Below, in pieces: positions 1-11,443 of a stretch of 43,065 nucleotides of DNA. The stretch's first letter is position 1; the number at the start of each line of letters is the position of its first letter. This DNA is from Hyphochytrium catenoides. Lineage: Eukaryota; Protista; Hyphochytriomycota. Location of the stretch: contig FLMG01004622.1 of NCBI GenBank assembly GCA_900088475.1, positions 1-43,065 on the forward strand, read 5' to 3'. The translations under genes and the position numbers were made by a program. Under the pieces are notes generated by a model. It was not told the DNA's origin, searched no databases, and saw nothing but the letters and a program-made list of their open reading frames with translations.

Positions 1-2163
1 CCTCCCCCCACAACCCCACCTCGCGGTCGGGCTCGCTCCCCAGTCTTTTTATTGTGAACAGTTAGTTTCGGTTGTTACTTCATAGGCTAGGGCCCGATGT
101 GCGCTTGAGTCCATGAAAACACTCATAAAACTTGAATTTTCAGTAGTTAGCTGTAACAGGGGTTAGCGGCTGCCTGGGCTGGGGTGTGCGGGGATTCTTC
201 ACAAGGGTGACGCTGGGTCCTAACTGCGGCCCGCGCCCCATGTTGGGACCCTCTCTCACCCCCTCTGCCTAGTAACCTTCCTCCTGCTGTGCACAAGGGG
301 AACTTCCCACAAGGCCAACGGTACTCACAATGCACTACTGCTGAGTGTGCATGTAGATATCTAGTGGGTAGAGCTTTCTGCAGGCCTAATGTTATAAAAA
401 GCACTGTCATCATCATCCCCGCCCTCCGTTGTTTAAAGGCGTGATGTTGCTTCTTGGACTTCGTCGTTCCTTTGGCGGCGATGGCCAATAAGTCTGGGCC
501 ATCCGCGGCCTAATGTGCAAGTTCCTACCTTCTTGTTCTCTCCCTTCTTCCCCAAAGTTATTATAATAGAGGGTTTGTGTCTCCGTCTTCATGTTGCTTG
601 GCACTTGCTCCTCTCCTTCATCTTCCCCTCCTCCTCCTTCGTCCTCTTATGATTGCTTAGCAAGAAGAGAAGAAGAATGATGATTCTGCTATATGTGCCA
701 AAGAACAAGCAAGCGACAGCACTAACTGGGCTGAGGGAAAATAGGAGGATGGGAAAGGATAATAGACAACCATGAGATGATGCAAGGATGATGACCATGG
801 TTGGTGGTGGAGTCTCAGCAAAGACGACGTTGACAGAGAGCAAAGAGGGAAGAAGAGAAATCGCCTTCTACTACTTGCTCTCGTAACAACAGTGGCAATG
901 GAGAATTGAGCTATAGAACGAAGAATCCTTGAAAAGTCGGACATCATCTTAGTTGTTGACAAACATCCATCTCACAGGAAGGCATCTTGGATGGCTGGCC
1001 TTTGCTCATCAGTAAAAGAAAAAGAAGACCTGGAGAACATAAGACTGATGCAGCTGTTCGTGTCATCTTTTTGCCCACAAACCACCTTACTTCCTCTCTT
1101 GATTCCCAACGAAACAAAGAGGAAAGAGTTCGACCTTCGGGTGCTCGCAGGATCTGACTAACTTGTGCTCGATGCGAGGACTGATCGTTGTCCTTAAAGA
1201 ATTCTCTCCTCTTCCTTTCTTGGTGACTGTCTTCCCTAAGAATTCTCTTCTCTTCCTTTTGAGAATTGTCTTCCTATGCGTAGTTCTCCGGAGGAGACGA
1301 CGATCTTAGCCTGACCCAGTCGCAACGCTTTTCCACAAGTAGCCGCCACTTCAATCAACAACGCTTGTTAGCAATGCAGCAGAGAGCGGCACCGAAAGAG
1401 GACAAACTTGACAGCGAGCAATCCTGTTAGATGCTTTTCACGCGTTCGTGAAGATAGGATCAGGATCGCAACTTCTTAGACTACCGATGTTAATGGAGCC
1501 AAGGATCATCCTCGTAGCCAACGTGCGGAGAGGAGGGGGACGATACAAAACTTCAGTTCAGCTTTGATGATGAGATGCTGCTGGAAGAAGGACGAATCAA
1601 GCAAAGTGGAGGCCATGATGCCAGCAAGGAGCACGCAAGCAACGCTAGAGACGAGATGGCGAGGTATGCGTCGTGGAGCTGGATGGTAGAGGAAGGTGAT
1701 ATGAGCATGGAGAATGGAAGACAGAAAAGGAGGCAACAAACTAAGGATACACATGGAGGAGGGAGGCGGTGGGCAGAAGAGGAAAGCAAGTACAGAGGAA
1801 GAATGATGGTCACCATCAGAACTCTGTCCCTCCTTGTTTGAACTTGTGAAGGCGGGTGCTGCTGGTGAATGCTTGTTCTCATCTTCAGCGATGAGGTAAC
1901 AAGCTGACAAGGCGCCAAAATATCCTGTTTATTGATTCTTATCGTCCTAATCCTCATCAAGCGCTTACAAAGGCACGCCAAGAATCTTCCTCTTCCTCGT
2001 TGGTGTCTATTCTCATAGCTACCAGCCGCAGATTTGGAGATGCCACGTTAGGAAGACGGCCTCGTCATCACGAGGGTGGACAACAGGGGCCTCGTCCTCG
2101 CTGCAACAACCGTATTGCCCATGAACTGAGTCCGCCAATGAGAAACAACATTAGGGCTGATGC

Positions 2164-2277
2164 TGATGTCTTGGGCTCCCCGTGATGTCTTGGGCTCTCC
2201 GTGATGTCTTGGGCTCTCCGTGATGTCTTGGGCTCCCCGTGATGTCTTGGGCTCCCCGTGATGTCTTGGGCCCCACG
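2164..2277. repeat. Minisatellite, 6 copies of a 19-bp unit TGATGTCTTGGGCTC(C/T)CCG
   Basis: Units start at 2164, 2183, 2202, 2221, 2240 and 2259 (last copy degenerate). There are no unique spacers. The repeat produces the repetitive peptides in ORFs 2048-2353 and 2068-2592. Confidence 0.95.
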
Positions 2278-2604
2278 ATCGACGAACGATAGGAAAACAA
2301 CGAAAGGAAAGGTGGGGACGCAGTCCAAATGGTTGACAGAAGGACGCATCCAATCTTCTAACAGCGGGAAGAGGTAGCAGCTAAGGAAAGAAAGTATTGG
2401 TGAAATAAAGAACTCCAAAGAAGAGGAGCCAGCGAGCTTCGGCCACGAGGAGGAGTTCAGAGCTTGAGACGTGCTCACACTTCTGCTCATTCTCAAAAAC
2501 GCCTCCCAGCGCACAACAAGTCGAGATCCTACCAGGCAGCAATCTACCCGTACTACGGAAGAGCAATACAACAAGGAGTACTTCTCGCCCATATTTGTCT
2601 CAAA

Positions 2605-2880
2605 ATGAAGCTCGTACTCAAGGCCATCATCCTGCTAGTAGCTCTCGCGGCAATCACCTGGACTCAGGACGCCGACGCAGCTTGCCGTCCTGGCAGCTAC
2701 AAAGTAAATTGGCAAGCTCCTGGAGGCTGTGACACGGGCTGGGGCGGAAAATGCCACTCCAAGTGCAAGGATACCGCAGGCGGTCGCCAGTGCTGTGGGC
2801 CTGTGCAGTCCAGCATTGACCGCGCGGGGTGCCCACCATTCTTCAGCGTCTGCAACTGTGCTTGCCAAAGACAGCCATGA
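2605..2880 (+). CDS. Small secreted cysteine-rich peptide (91 aa), defensin-like/CS-alpha-beta candidate
   Basis: ATG at 2605 in a CAAAATG context within ORF 2464-2880. Hydrophobic signal peptide MKLVLKAIILLVALAAITWTQDADA with an A-x-A cleavage site. Mature peptide is ~66 aa with 10 Cys, including CxxxC (CHSKC), CC and a C-terminal CxCxC. It is Gly-rich with net charge about +5. Intronless. Confidence 0.8.
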   Translation: MKLVLKAIILLVALAAITWTQDADAACRPGSYKVNWQAPGGCDTGWGGKCHSKCKDTAGGRQCCGPVQSSIDRAGCPPFFSVCNCACQRQP

Positions 2881-4991
2881 TAAGGCAAAAAGAGGAAACC
2901 AGCAACATGCTTAGTCTTCTGGACTTCCGTCGCCCAGCAGCTAATAGCCATCGTGGTACATTGAGGACCCATGATGGGTGCTGGCACCTTTCTCCTCTTT
3001 GGGTTTACGGAGTGACTCTGACCTTCAGGGTCATCAGAGAACAGATAATAGGAAGTAAGAGCGCTACCTCTCCTCCGTACCTACCAACATTTATAAAAGA
3101 TAAATAAGACAAGTAGTATAATGATGATGGGAATCTTGCTTAAACAGGCCGCCGTCCCATGGCTGATATTGATTTGTGATGACTCGTCATAATCGACCTG
3201 ACAACGACAACTAATAAGAACAAAGCTGGGAGGATCCAAAGAGTGAAGCTAAATAAAGTGGTTCAGCAGTAACAATGATTCACGATGATCACCTTCCGTA
3301 AGCTAAGATTGATAAATAGAGAAGAGGTCTGTTTGGCTCTTACATTATGGAATATGATATAGAGAAGACCATCATATCTCTTCTGAAGAAGATAGCGCCA
3401 CTAGCCGACGGCAAAACCCATAATTATGAGTCACCACCACTTACAGGCATCTCCTAGAGCTATGCCCTCATCAGGCTGCTCGCTGCTAGGATCTAGATAG
3501 ATGCCCAGGAGCACAGCAATCAATAACCGAGGGCCGCACTATATCAACTCTGGGCTTTCACATCCCTCCGTCTCACACTGCTTGGCAGTCTTTTGTCAAC
3601 CTTTATGAAGGCCAACAAGAGCCAAGAATAGGGCGCGCGCCCACATCCAAAGCATCTTCGCCACATCTGCTCCTCCTCCCGCCGGCCCTCACTCCACACC
3701 CTTCCGACACCTGTCTCTCACTGTACGCTAATGATCGATGGTAGTAGGCACAAAGGAAGCCTAGGAAAGAACACTCTAGCGCAGTTAGCCGAAGTGCAGA
3801 CCGTCTGGAAAATTGAAGTGGCCTTCTGTTATTGATTTGAAGTCTGCCGCCTATTATCATCAAGAATTCATTCAGGATCAAGAGGGAGGAGATGAACTCA
3901 AGACAGCTTTTACGACTCGGTATGGCCGCCTTTACGTGTGAAAGAGGTATTACCACCCTTGGGACTGAGCGGTGCTCCTTCCACTTCCATGAGATTGATG
4001 CAAGATGTTCATCGACCTGACTTGGAAACTGAGTTCCTTTCTGGTGATGCCTTCACCATCCTTGCTTTGCCCCGCCCTGCAAAGTAAGTTCCCTTCTTTT
4101 GAGGTTCGTCAAGCACTGAACTACCTGCTTATAATAGATAACAAAAAAGTAAGTGGAGTAGGGTTGGAGCTGTCGCCGACTTCTTTCATGCTGGCCGCTC
4201 CTCTTCTTCCATGCGTATCATCATATTCTTCGCTGCTTCTTCGTCTTCTTCCGGCAGCGCTAGTAAGCGATGATGGTGGTCTACTGTTATCTTACTTGTT
4301 GACTTCTCTTTCTAAGGCCTTACTTTCTCACTGCAGCATGGCTTCCACTAATAAGAGAAGAAACAAAATCAGGAGGAGGATGTCTTTTCTACGAACTTCA
4401 ATGCTGCCAAAAATGATTACGTACAAGATTTTCTTATTTTATTTTGTAATAAAAGATCGCTAAAATGTTTAATTTTCAAAGCTTTCTAGTAGATTTTATA
4501 AGCCTTTACAAACCTTCGAAGGGGTAGAGATCCTGAAGATCTTTTGAGTGAATTTACTCTAATAAAAAGAATTAACACCAATCCCCTTTGTTCCAACTCT
4601 TCTGAATCTGTCTCGCTCTCCGTTCTCCAATCCCATCTGTTAAGCGTTGTCTTTCCGGCTGTCTGTCATACTCTGTCTCTCTCTCTTGTTTATACATTAT
4701 TTCAGCATCTCAGCTGCTGTTACCCACCCAACAGCGGGATTCTGAAGACTTCTGCTTGCAACTTCAACGAGAAAGAGATCCGCCGCCCAAGCTCCTTCCA
4801 CTGATCGATGATGATTGATGATGATGCGCACTTCTTTGCTCTGGCTGGACGCTTTGGCACTGAAATTGGAAACAAACCACCACCCGGTTGGCTCCTTCAT
4901 TACCTCTTTCAGGTCTTTCTTTGTCTGGCATCTGTCCCGCGTTGTTATTATTGTGGCTTGTTAACGGTCTGAAAGCCGAGACTCCGTGGCG

Positions 4992-7900
4992 ATGTTCAGG
5001 CAAAAAAAGATGCTGCTCGAGCATACTCCGTGGTCCTTTCTATCTGACGGCACCGCGAAAACTGTCATTCGATCGGTTCTGACGGGAAGGAAGGCTTTTC
5101 AACGTTCTGTCCAACCGTCCTTGCCCGCCTTCCGCTTTCTCTCTTCAGCCCCCCTCTCGCATGTCAAGGGCGAGACTGATTCTCCCCTGATAGAGGAGAC
5201 CATTGGCGAAGTGTTTGATCGGACGGTCTCCATGTACCCTGACTCAGATGCATTGATTGTTAGTCATCAGAAGACGAGACTCTCTTACGCTCAACTGAGA
5301 GACAAGGTGGATCGCATGGCTAGAGGGCTATTAGCAGCAGGTCTTATTAGTCAGTCCTCTGTCTCTCTATCCGACCTACCTATCTCTCCTTTTCTTTCTA
5401 GCAGCAATATAAGATGGAGCACTGGCTCTTCAGCAAGAATCATTGTCTTTTATGAACATTCATCTCGTCCATGATGTCTTGCCCTACTCTGGCTTGTGCT
5501 CTCTTCCCTCTCACTCCATCCCCCTCGCTCTCTCCTCTTTTCTTCCATAGACACTCATAACCTGAGCTCCTACGCAAGGACAATTCACCTTGACATCTCC
5601 CTCTCCTCTAAATCTCTAGGTATTAAAAAGGGAGATCGGGTTGGGGTTTGGCTCCCAAACTGTGAGGAATGGACTGTGACCCAGATCGCTACTTCCAAGA
5701 TCGTAAGCCATCGTCTATCTTGACTAACTTTAGTGCTTTTCTCAAGGCGGTAGTGCGTCCTTCACACCGCCGGACCCAACACTTACTCCTTTCTTCTTCT
5801 TCATCAATCCCCACGTACATGATGGGAAGCTGCGCTCCTGCTTTCTCTTTATCCATTTAGAACAATTAGCTAACTCCGGAGTCTTTTTATTCTTATCACC
5901 TGTTGTCCTCTTTTCCTCATCTTAAGCGGCTGATAAGCTTCTTCTTCTCTCTCTTTCACCTGCTTTCTGCCCCTGTATCACATATAACCTGAATTCATTG
6001 CTGTCCCTCCTTGTCTCCCCCTTTGTGTCCACCTTCCTCCTCTATGTCTAGGGCGCGATCCTCGTGAACATTAACCCTGCTTACAGACAACACGAGCTAG
6101 AGTATGCGCTCAACTTGGTTGAATGTTCTGCCTTGTTGATGCAGAGAAGCTTCTCCACGAGCAACTATCTTAGAATGATGCTCTCTCTCCTCCCAGAAGC
6201 AGCTTCCGCCGCGCCCAATGAACTGAAAGGAAGGAAAATCCCTTCTCTTCGTCTTCTTATTCTGAAAGATTATTTTTCTCCAAGGCCAGGAGAAGAACGA
6301 ACTATTCCCAAGAGCTTCATGCCTTTTGAAGATCTTCTCCTGGATGAGGGTCCTTCCTCACCTTCCCTTTCTCGTGCCGGCGAAGATCTTAAGTGCACGG
6401 ACCCCATCAACATTCAGTTCACTAGTGGAACCACCGGATCTCCCAAAGGAGCAACCCTAACGCATAGGAATGTCATGAATAACGGCTTCTTTGTGGGAAA
6501 AGCAATCCAGCTGAGTCCAACAGGTTAAACCAAGCCACTCATCTCCAAAGTTCTATCATCCTACTTTTATTCTCTTTGGTGCCGCTCTCTGCTGGGCCTT
6601 GTGCTGCTTCAACATTAGGGCATCGACCTTAAAATACGAAGCTCAGCACCTTGTCTATTTATTCAACCTTCTTTCTCTATTGCCAACCGAAGCATAGCTT
6701 TCGCCTCTCTCCAAGAGTCCTATCTGTTCCTTACTTATATTTCTTGCTGGCTCTAAGACCACTACTTTTTGTCATCCCTTTGACGTTAGTTTCGTCTCTT
6801 CCTTCTTGAAATTAGCTAGCCCTAACTGTATTGATCCTCTGGCTCTCCATTGTCACCCTTGATGCGTATTAACTCTCTTTNNNNNNNNNNNNNNNNNNNN
6901 NNNNNNNNNNNNNNNNNNNNNNNNNNNNNNNNNNNNNNNNNNNNNNNNNNNNNNNNNNNNNNNNNNNNNNNNNNNNNNNNNNNNNNNNNNNNNNNNNNNN
7001 NNNNNNNNNNNNNNNNNNNNNNNNNNNNNNNNNNNNNNNNNNNNNNNNNNNNNNNNNNNNNNNNNNNNNGACTTCTCGCCTTGCTCCATAGTGTCTTGTG
7101 CCCTTCTGGTTCCCATTGATGAAATTTCTCGCTTACATCTACGCACCCATGCGCTCGTATAACTATACCTCTACCTCTCTCTCTGGGTCCTTAAGTTGAT
7201 GCTGACTGTATGATGCTGGTTGTTCTCTTTCCAGATATCATTGCTTTGGGATGGTGATGGGAAATCTTGCAGCGATTGCTCATGGCGCAGCGATGGTCTA
7301 CCCTTCCGAGGGTTTTAATGCGGAACAGACACTGACTGTGGTGCAAGAGGAGAGATGCACTGCACTCTATGGAGTGCCCACGATGTTCATATCAGAGCTC
7401 AACCACCCAGAGTAAGGAGAAAGAAGGGCGAACAACTTGTAACAGTTGCGAAACTTGAAACTCATAGATCCCGGAGTGTCAAGGAAGAGAAGTGATAAGT
7501 GGATGGCCGACGTTGTTGGAGCACTAACTGTGTCGTCAGTATAATCACTTTGCTCACGCCAATCTTTCTTTCCTTTCTCTGTCTCTGCAGTTTCTCCTCC
7601 TTTGATCTGAGCTCTCTCAGAACGGGAGTGATGGCAGGCAGCGTGTGCCCTGTGGAGGTGGTGAAGAATGTAATGACGAAGATGCACATGAGAGGAGTCA
7701 CCGTAGCCTATGGCATGACGGAAACATCCCCTATTAGGTAACATAGACCTTTCCCACTTTCCTTGCTAGACGGACATCATCCAGGTCTCCGGATAATCCT
7801 GGACTCATCTTTCTTGACCCTCCTGGTGTCTCCTTTCCAAGAAATCTTTTTAATTTTGGTTTGTTGCGACTCTCTCCAATCTTCTATCTCAGCTATTTAC

Positions 7901-8628
7901 TTACTCCTTCACGGTTACTCGGCGTCGCGTTCAGTGTTCCAATTCCTTCTTCTGCCCTCACTATGCATTCATGAGCTCGACTCTGGCACGTACCGTGCTT
8001 TCGTTCTGATTATCCCTGCGTTCTTCTCAGCTTCCAAGGTAGCCCAGATGATGATCCTCACCTCCGAGCTCAAACCGTCGGCACTATCCAGCCTCACGTC
8101 GAGTGCAAAGTTGTTGATAAGGACGGCAAAACCGTACGTCGTGGAGAGATGGGCGAGCTATTGACCAAGGGATACAACGTTATGCCAGGCTATTGGAATA
8201 ACGAGCAGAAGACCAAGGAAGCTATCGATAAGGATGGCTGGATGCATACGGAAGATCTGGCAACCATTGATAACAAGGGCTACTGTCGAATCGTTGGCAG
8301 ATTGAAGGACATCATTATCCGAGGGGGAGAGAATATCTCACCAAGAGAAATTGAGGACCGTTTATTTGAACATCCTGCTGTGGCAAACGTCGCGGTGATT
8401 GGTGTGCCAGACGAAAAGTATGGTGAAGCTGTCTGCGCATGGGTTACCTTGAAAGACGACGCGGAATCCCCAAGCGTCCTAGAGCTGCAAAAGTTCGTTG
8501 GCCAAGAGCTGGCACACTTCAAGATACCCAAGTATATTCTCTTCAAGGACAGCTTTCCCATGACCGTCACAGGCAAGATCCAGAAGTTTATGATGGTAGA
8601 CGAAACGAAGAAAGAACTTCACTTATAA
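4992..8628 (+). CDS. AMP-binding medium/long-chain acyl-CoA synthetase, ACSF2-like, probably mitochondrial
   Basis: GT-AG exons at about 4992-5340, 5620-5702, 6052-6523, [small exon probably hidden in gap 6881-7069], 7235-7411, 7591-7737 and 8031-8628. ANL-family motifs include [61 protein letters not shown] and TVTGKIQKF. The Arg/Ser-rich N-terminus resembles a transit peptide. Confidence 0.9.
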
Positions 8629-8922
8629 ACAGCATTATGATTGCAAGGCAGCAGTGGATGTTCAACCGCTTTCTCAGAAGGCGGACATTTACTCGTGTTA
8701 GCGCTATTTCAATGTTACTTTATAAAGCATAGTTGGGAGCTCTAATAGATGTTGCTGGTAAGCTTCAGCCCATTTACCATTGAGAAGGTGGAGCTGTGGA
8801 CTTCTATGCGTCCAGAAGCCCTGCCCTGACCAATTGCACAGGCTATAGGCTCTCTTTTTAAAAGACAGTGTGGACAATCCGAGTTAGGCTGGTGGTCCCA
8901 AGACAAGAAGGTACCGGAGAGC

Positions 8923-9663
8923 TTACACTCTGGAGAGCGCTGCACCGACCAATGCAGCAAGAAGAAAGGAGATCCACACAGCAGCGAGGTTCATTCCCAT
9001 AGAATTTCCCGGACTGCTGCCTGAGGACGTAGGTTTAGGTGCAATTGCAGAGGTAGGACTATCGTTCGCGGAGTTATCAGGCGTTGGCTCAGGTTCTAAA
9101 GTAGTGGGTTCCGGAGTAGGGGCAGGAGTCTCTTCGTCTGAGTCGGCGGTAGAGTTGCCTCCAGAAGTGGAGTTTGCGGTAGCGTTTGTTGGGACCGGGA
9201 AGACGGTGCTGGTATTGGAAGGAAGTACCGTTGGGGCTTGTGTCACAGAACTATTCGTAGGTGACGAAGAATCTTCGCAAGAGCTTGTCTGAACACAGGT
9301 ATTGGCAGAGTTAGGGTTTTGATATATGCACTTGATCGCCTCAGGAGAGAGCTTGAAAGGAATTGGCTGCGTGATGTCGCCACACAGAGGCTTCCCATTG
9401 CATGTCACATACGGATAGGTAGAAAGCCTAATCTCTCCCGAGCCTGGACATTGAAAGCATGCCTTCAGTTTAAGTTGACCGAACCGCGTAGAGATCTCTC
9501 CTGCAGCCCCGTAGGCAGGGGATGCTGTGCACGCGGAGTCCAGATCAGTGACAATAGATCCAGCGCACTCGGTCGGGCACGGTACGGCCGACACGACGGC
9601 CCCAAGGCCAAGTGTAACGACGGTCATCACTAAAAGAAGAAGCTTCAGTGCTTGCACCATCAT
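8923..9663 (-). CDS. Secreted Cys-rich protein with Ser/Thr/Pro mucin-like stalk and probable GPI-anchor signal (246 aa)
   Basis: Intronless ORF. N-terminal signal peptide, then a ~100-aa domain with 10 Cys, an S/T/P-rich linker with several N-x-S/T sequons, a small-residue region (SSGSS) and a hydrophobic C-terminus (LAAVWISFLLAALVGAAL). Confidence 0.85.
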   Translation of the reverse strand: MMVQALKLLLLVMTVVTLGLGAVVSAVPCPTECAGSIVTDLDSACTASPAYGAAGEISTRFGQLKLKACFQCPGSGEIRLSTYPYVTCNGKPLCGDITQPIPFKLSPEAIKCIYQNPNSANTCVQTSSCEDSSSPTNSSVTQAPTVLPSNTSTVFPVPTNATANSTSGGNSTADSDEETPAPTPEPTTLEPEPTPDNSANDSPTSAIAPKPTSSGSSPGNSMGMNLAAVWISFLLAALVGAALSRV

Positions 9664-11177
9664 GATGATGATCGCTCCGCTGGACTACTGGTGTGAGGAG
9701 ATTATTCTCTTATTATCCTTTGCAAGACAACACGGATCCGCTCGGCCACGGCCTCCTCCGGATACGGTTTAATGCTGGTCACCGGGACAAAATCAAGAAG
9801 AAGAAGAGCTGTCTCATGCAGGCTGCACTTTCGTTACTAATAATAGGAGGAGAGTAGTAGTCGGTCCAGCAGGAATGCTCTCAACAAAGTGCAGTCACTC
9901 GTCCTTCTTTACGACCAGCAGCAGAGACTGTTCTTCCTTAGGGAGGTTCACCTGGTTAGCAGCATCTTCTGAGAAGAGGCAGCAGCAGCATGCCCTGGAT
10001 GGATTCCTGCTGCTGATGAACATCATTGAGGTCATTGCGCGATAGAGGAGGTGGCACATAGGTGGTGGCACTTTGCGTTCAATGATGATGCTCGTCATAA
10101 GAACAAGTTGCGTTTGACTACCGCTTTCTTCTCAGAAGCCATAGAACGGCCTCTTGGATTCGTTGTGTGGGTTTGTCGTGTCATCACTTCAACACATTAG
10201 GATGCACATAGATCTTTTTCTTCCAAAGGACCAAAAACTAGAAAACAGATCTATTCTGAGATTATCATCATCGATGTTAGCACTCTTTCTTCCAGGAAAG
10301 CACTCGCTATTTTTGTTACTTCTTGACAAGTAAATAAAAGGCCTTTAGACTATGAATAATGGGTTTGTTGTCGTTGTCTTCATAATCAAATGTTATTTCC
10401 TTGTTGGGACAATGTCCTTCAGAAGACTGCGAAGAAGCAGCATTGATGATCACCATGAGTAGTGTAGTTAGTGGCTTCATAATCTCATCATCATTGAGCT
10501 CTACTGCCAGCGATAAAAAAGGGTGCCGAAGACCCAAATAAATGGCGATGATTAAGCGCGAAGACTCTCGCTCCTCAGCTCCTCCTTTCTCCTCGCTGCT
10601 CTTCCCTCCTCCTAGCTAGCCTCTAGTAGTAGGTAGTAGATGGATGTTCTATGATGGTAGCTAATTGTACGGACGAGGGGAACTCTCCTGCTGGTTAAAC
10701 ACGACGGTAAGTAAATTATTAAGATAAAATACATCATGGAATAGTGATGGTGGTGACTCTCAACAACAATGTCCCTACAGATGTAGAGCTTACTACCTCG
10801 GCTTGTAGGAGCATAATATGATGATGATGATGATGATGATGAAGATGATAAAGACTACTTACCACCACCACCACCACCACCATCTACTCCTCCGTCCACT
10901 AGTGTGCCGCCTCCTTCCAAGTGCCGTGCCACCTACTACTAATAAATGTGGTCCTGTCTTCCTTCTTGAAGCGCCAGTAGGAGAAGGAGGTAAGTACCCT
11001 TCTACCGAAGAAAGAGCTCCTTCTATCATGGTGGCTAATCATTGGATAGTATCTGGGTTTATTAGTTATTATCAATATTTCCTTACAAAGAGAGCAGGAA
11101 GCTTGATAGGTTACTTAGATGGGGAGAAATGCAGGCACCCATATTGTCAACCCTAACAACGATAACTGAGCATTCTT

Positions 11178-11213
11178 GTCACCCATGAAGCCTATTTGGG
11201 CTTCATGGGTCAC
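11178..11213. repeat. Short inverted repeat/hairpin upstream of the porin gene
   Basis: ACCCATGAAGCC-tatttg-GGCTTCATGGGT is a perfect 12-bp stem (11181-11210), extendable to 15 bp with one mismatch. Confidence 0.8.
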
Positions 11214-11443
11214 CCTTTGATCTCATTGAAACAAGGTCAAAGCTTCAGAAGCTTGGCGATGAAGATGATGAACGGCATTGCCGCCGCTGCAGCTGATCAA
11301 CAGCAGATCAGAGCTCTGGAACTGAGTCTAGTATGCTTCTCGCGTCACTGCCAGCACGAGGACATCATTTGAGCTCTCATCTCGCCAGTCAGTAGTGGGA
11401 CAAGCGTCTAGAGGGCCTTGCAGCTGCCCAGTAGTTGAGTCCC

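Noticed and set aside
2164-2277. CRISPR-like array
   Set aside because: Units are head-to-tail with no unique spacers, there are no cas genes, and the context is eukaryotic.
147-2592. Short ORFs at the window start (also 3603-4463, 10818-11156, 31081-32796)
   Set aside because: Low-complexity or antisense translations with no recognisable motif. The poly-Met/His ORF at 10818 is just (ATG)n/(CAC)n microsatellite.
6524-7234. Acyl-CoA synthetase pseudogene missing the 'IPVPL' segment
   Set aside because: The missing short exon most likely lies in the N gap 6881-7069, which is preceded by a branch-point/pyrimidine-like tract.
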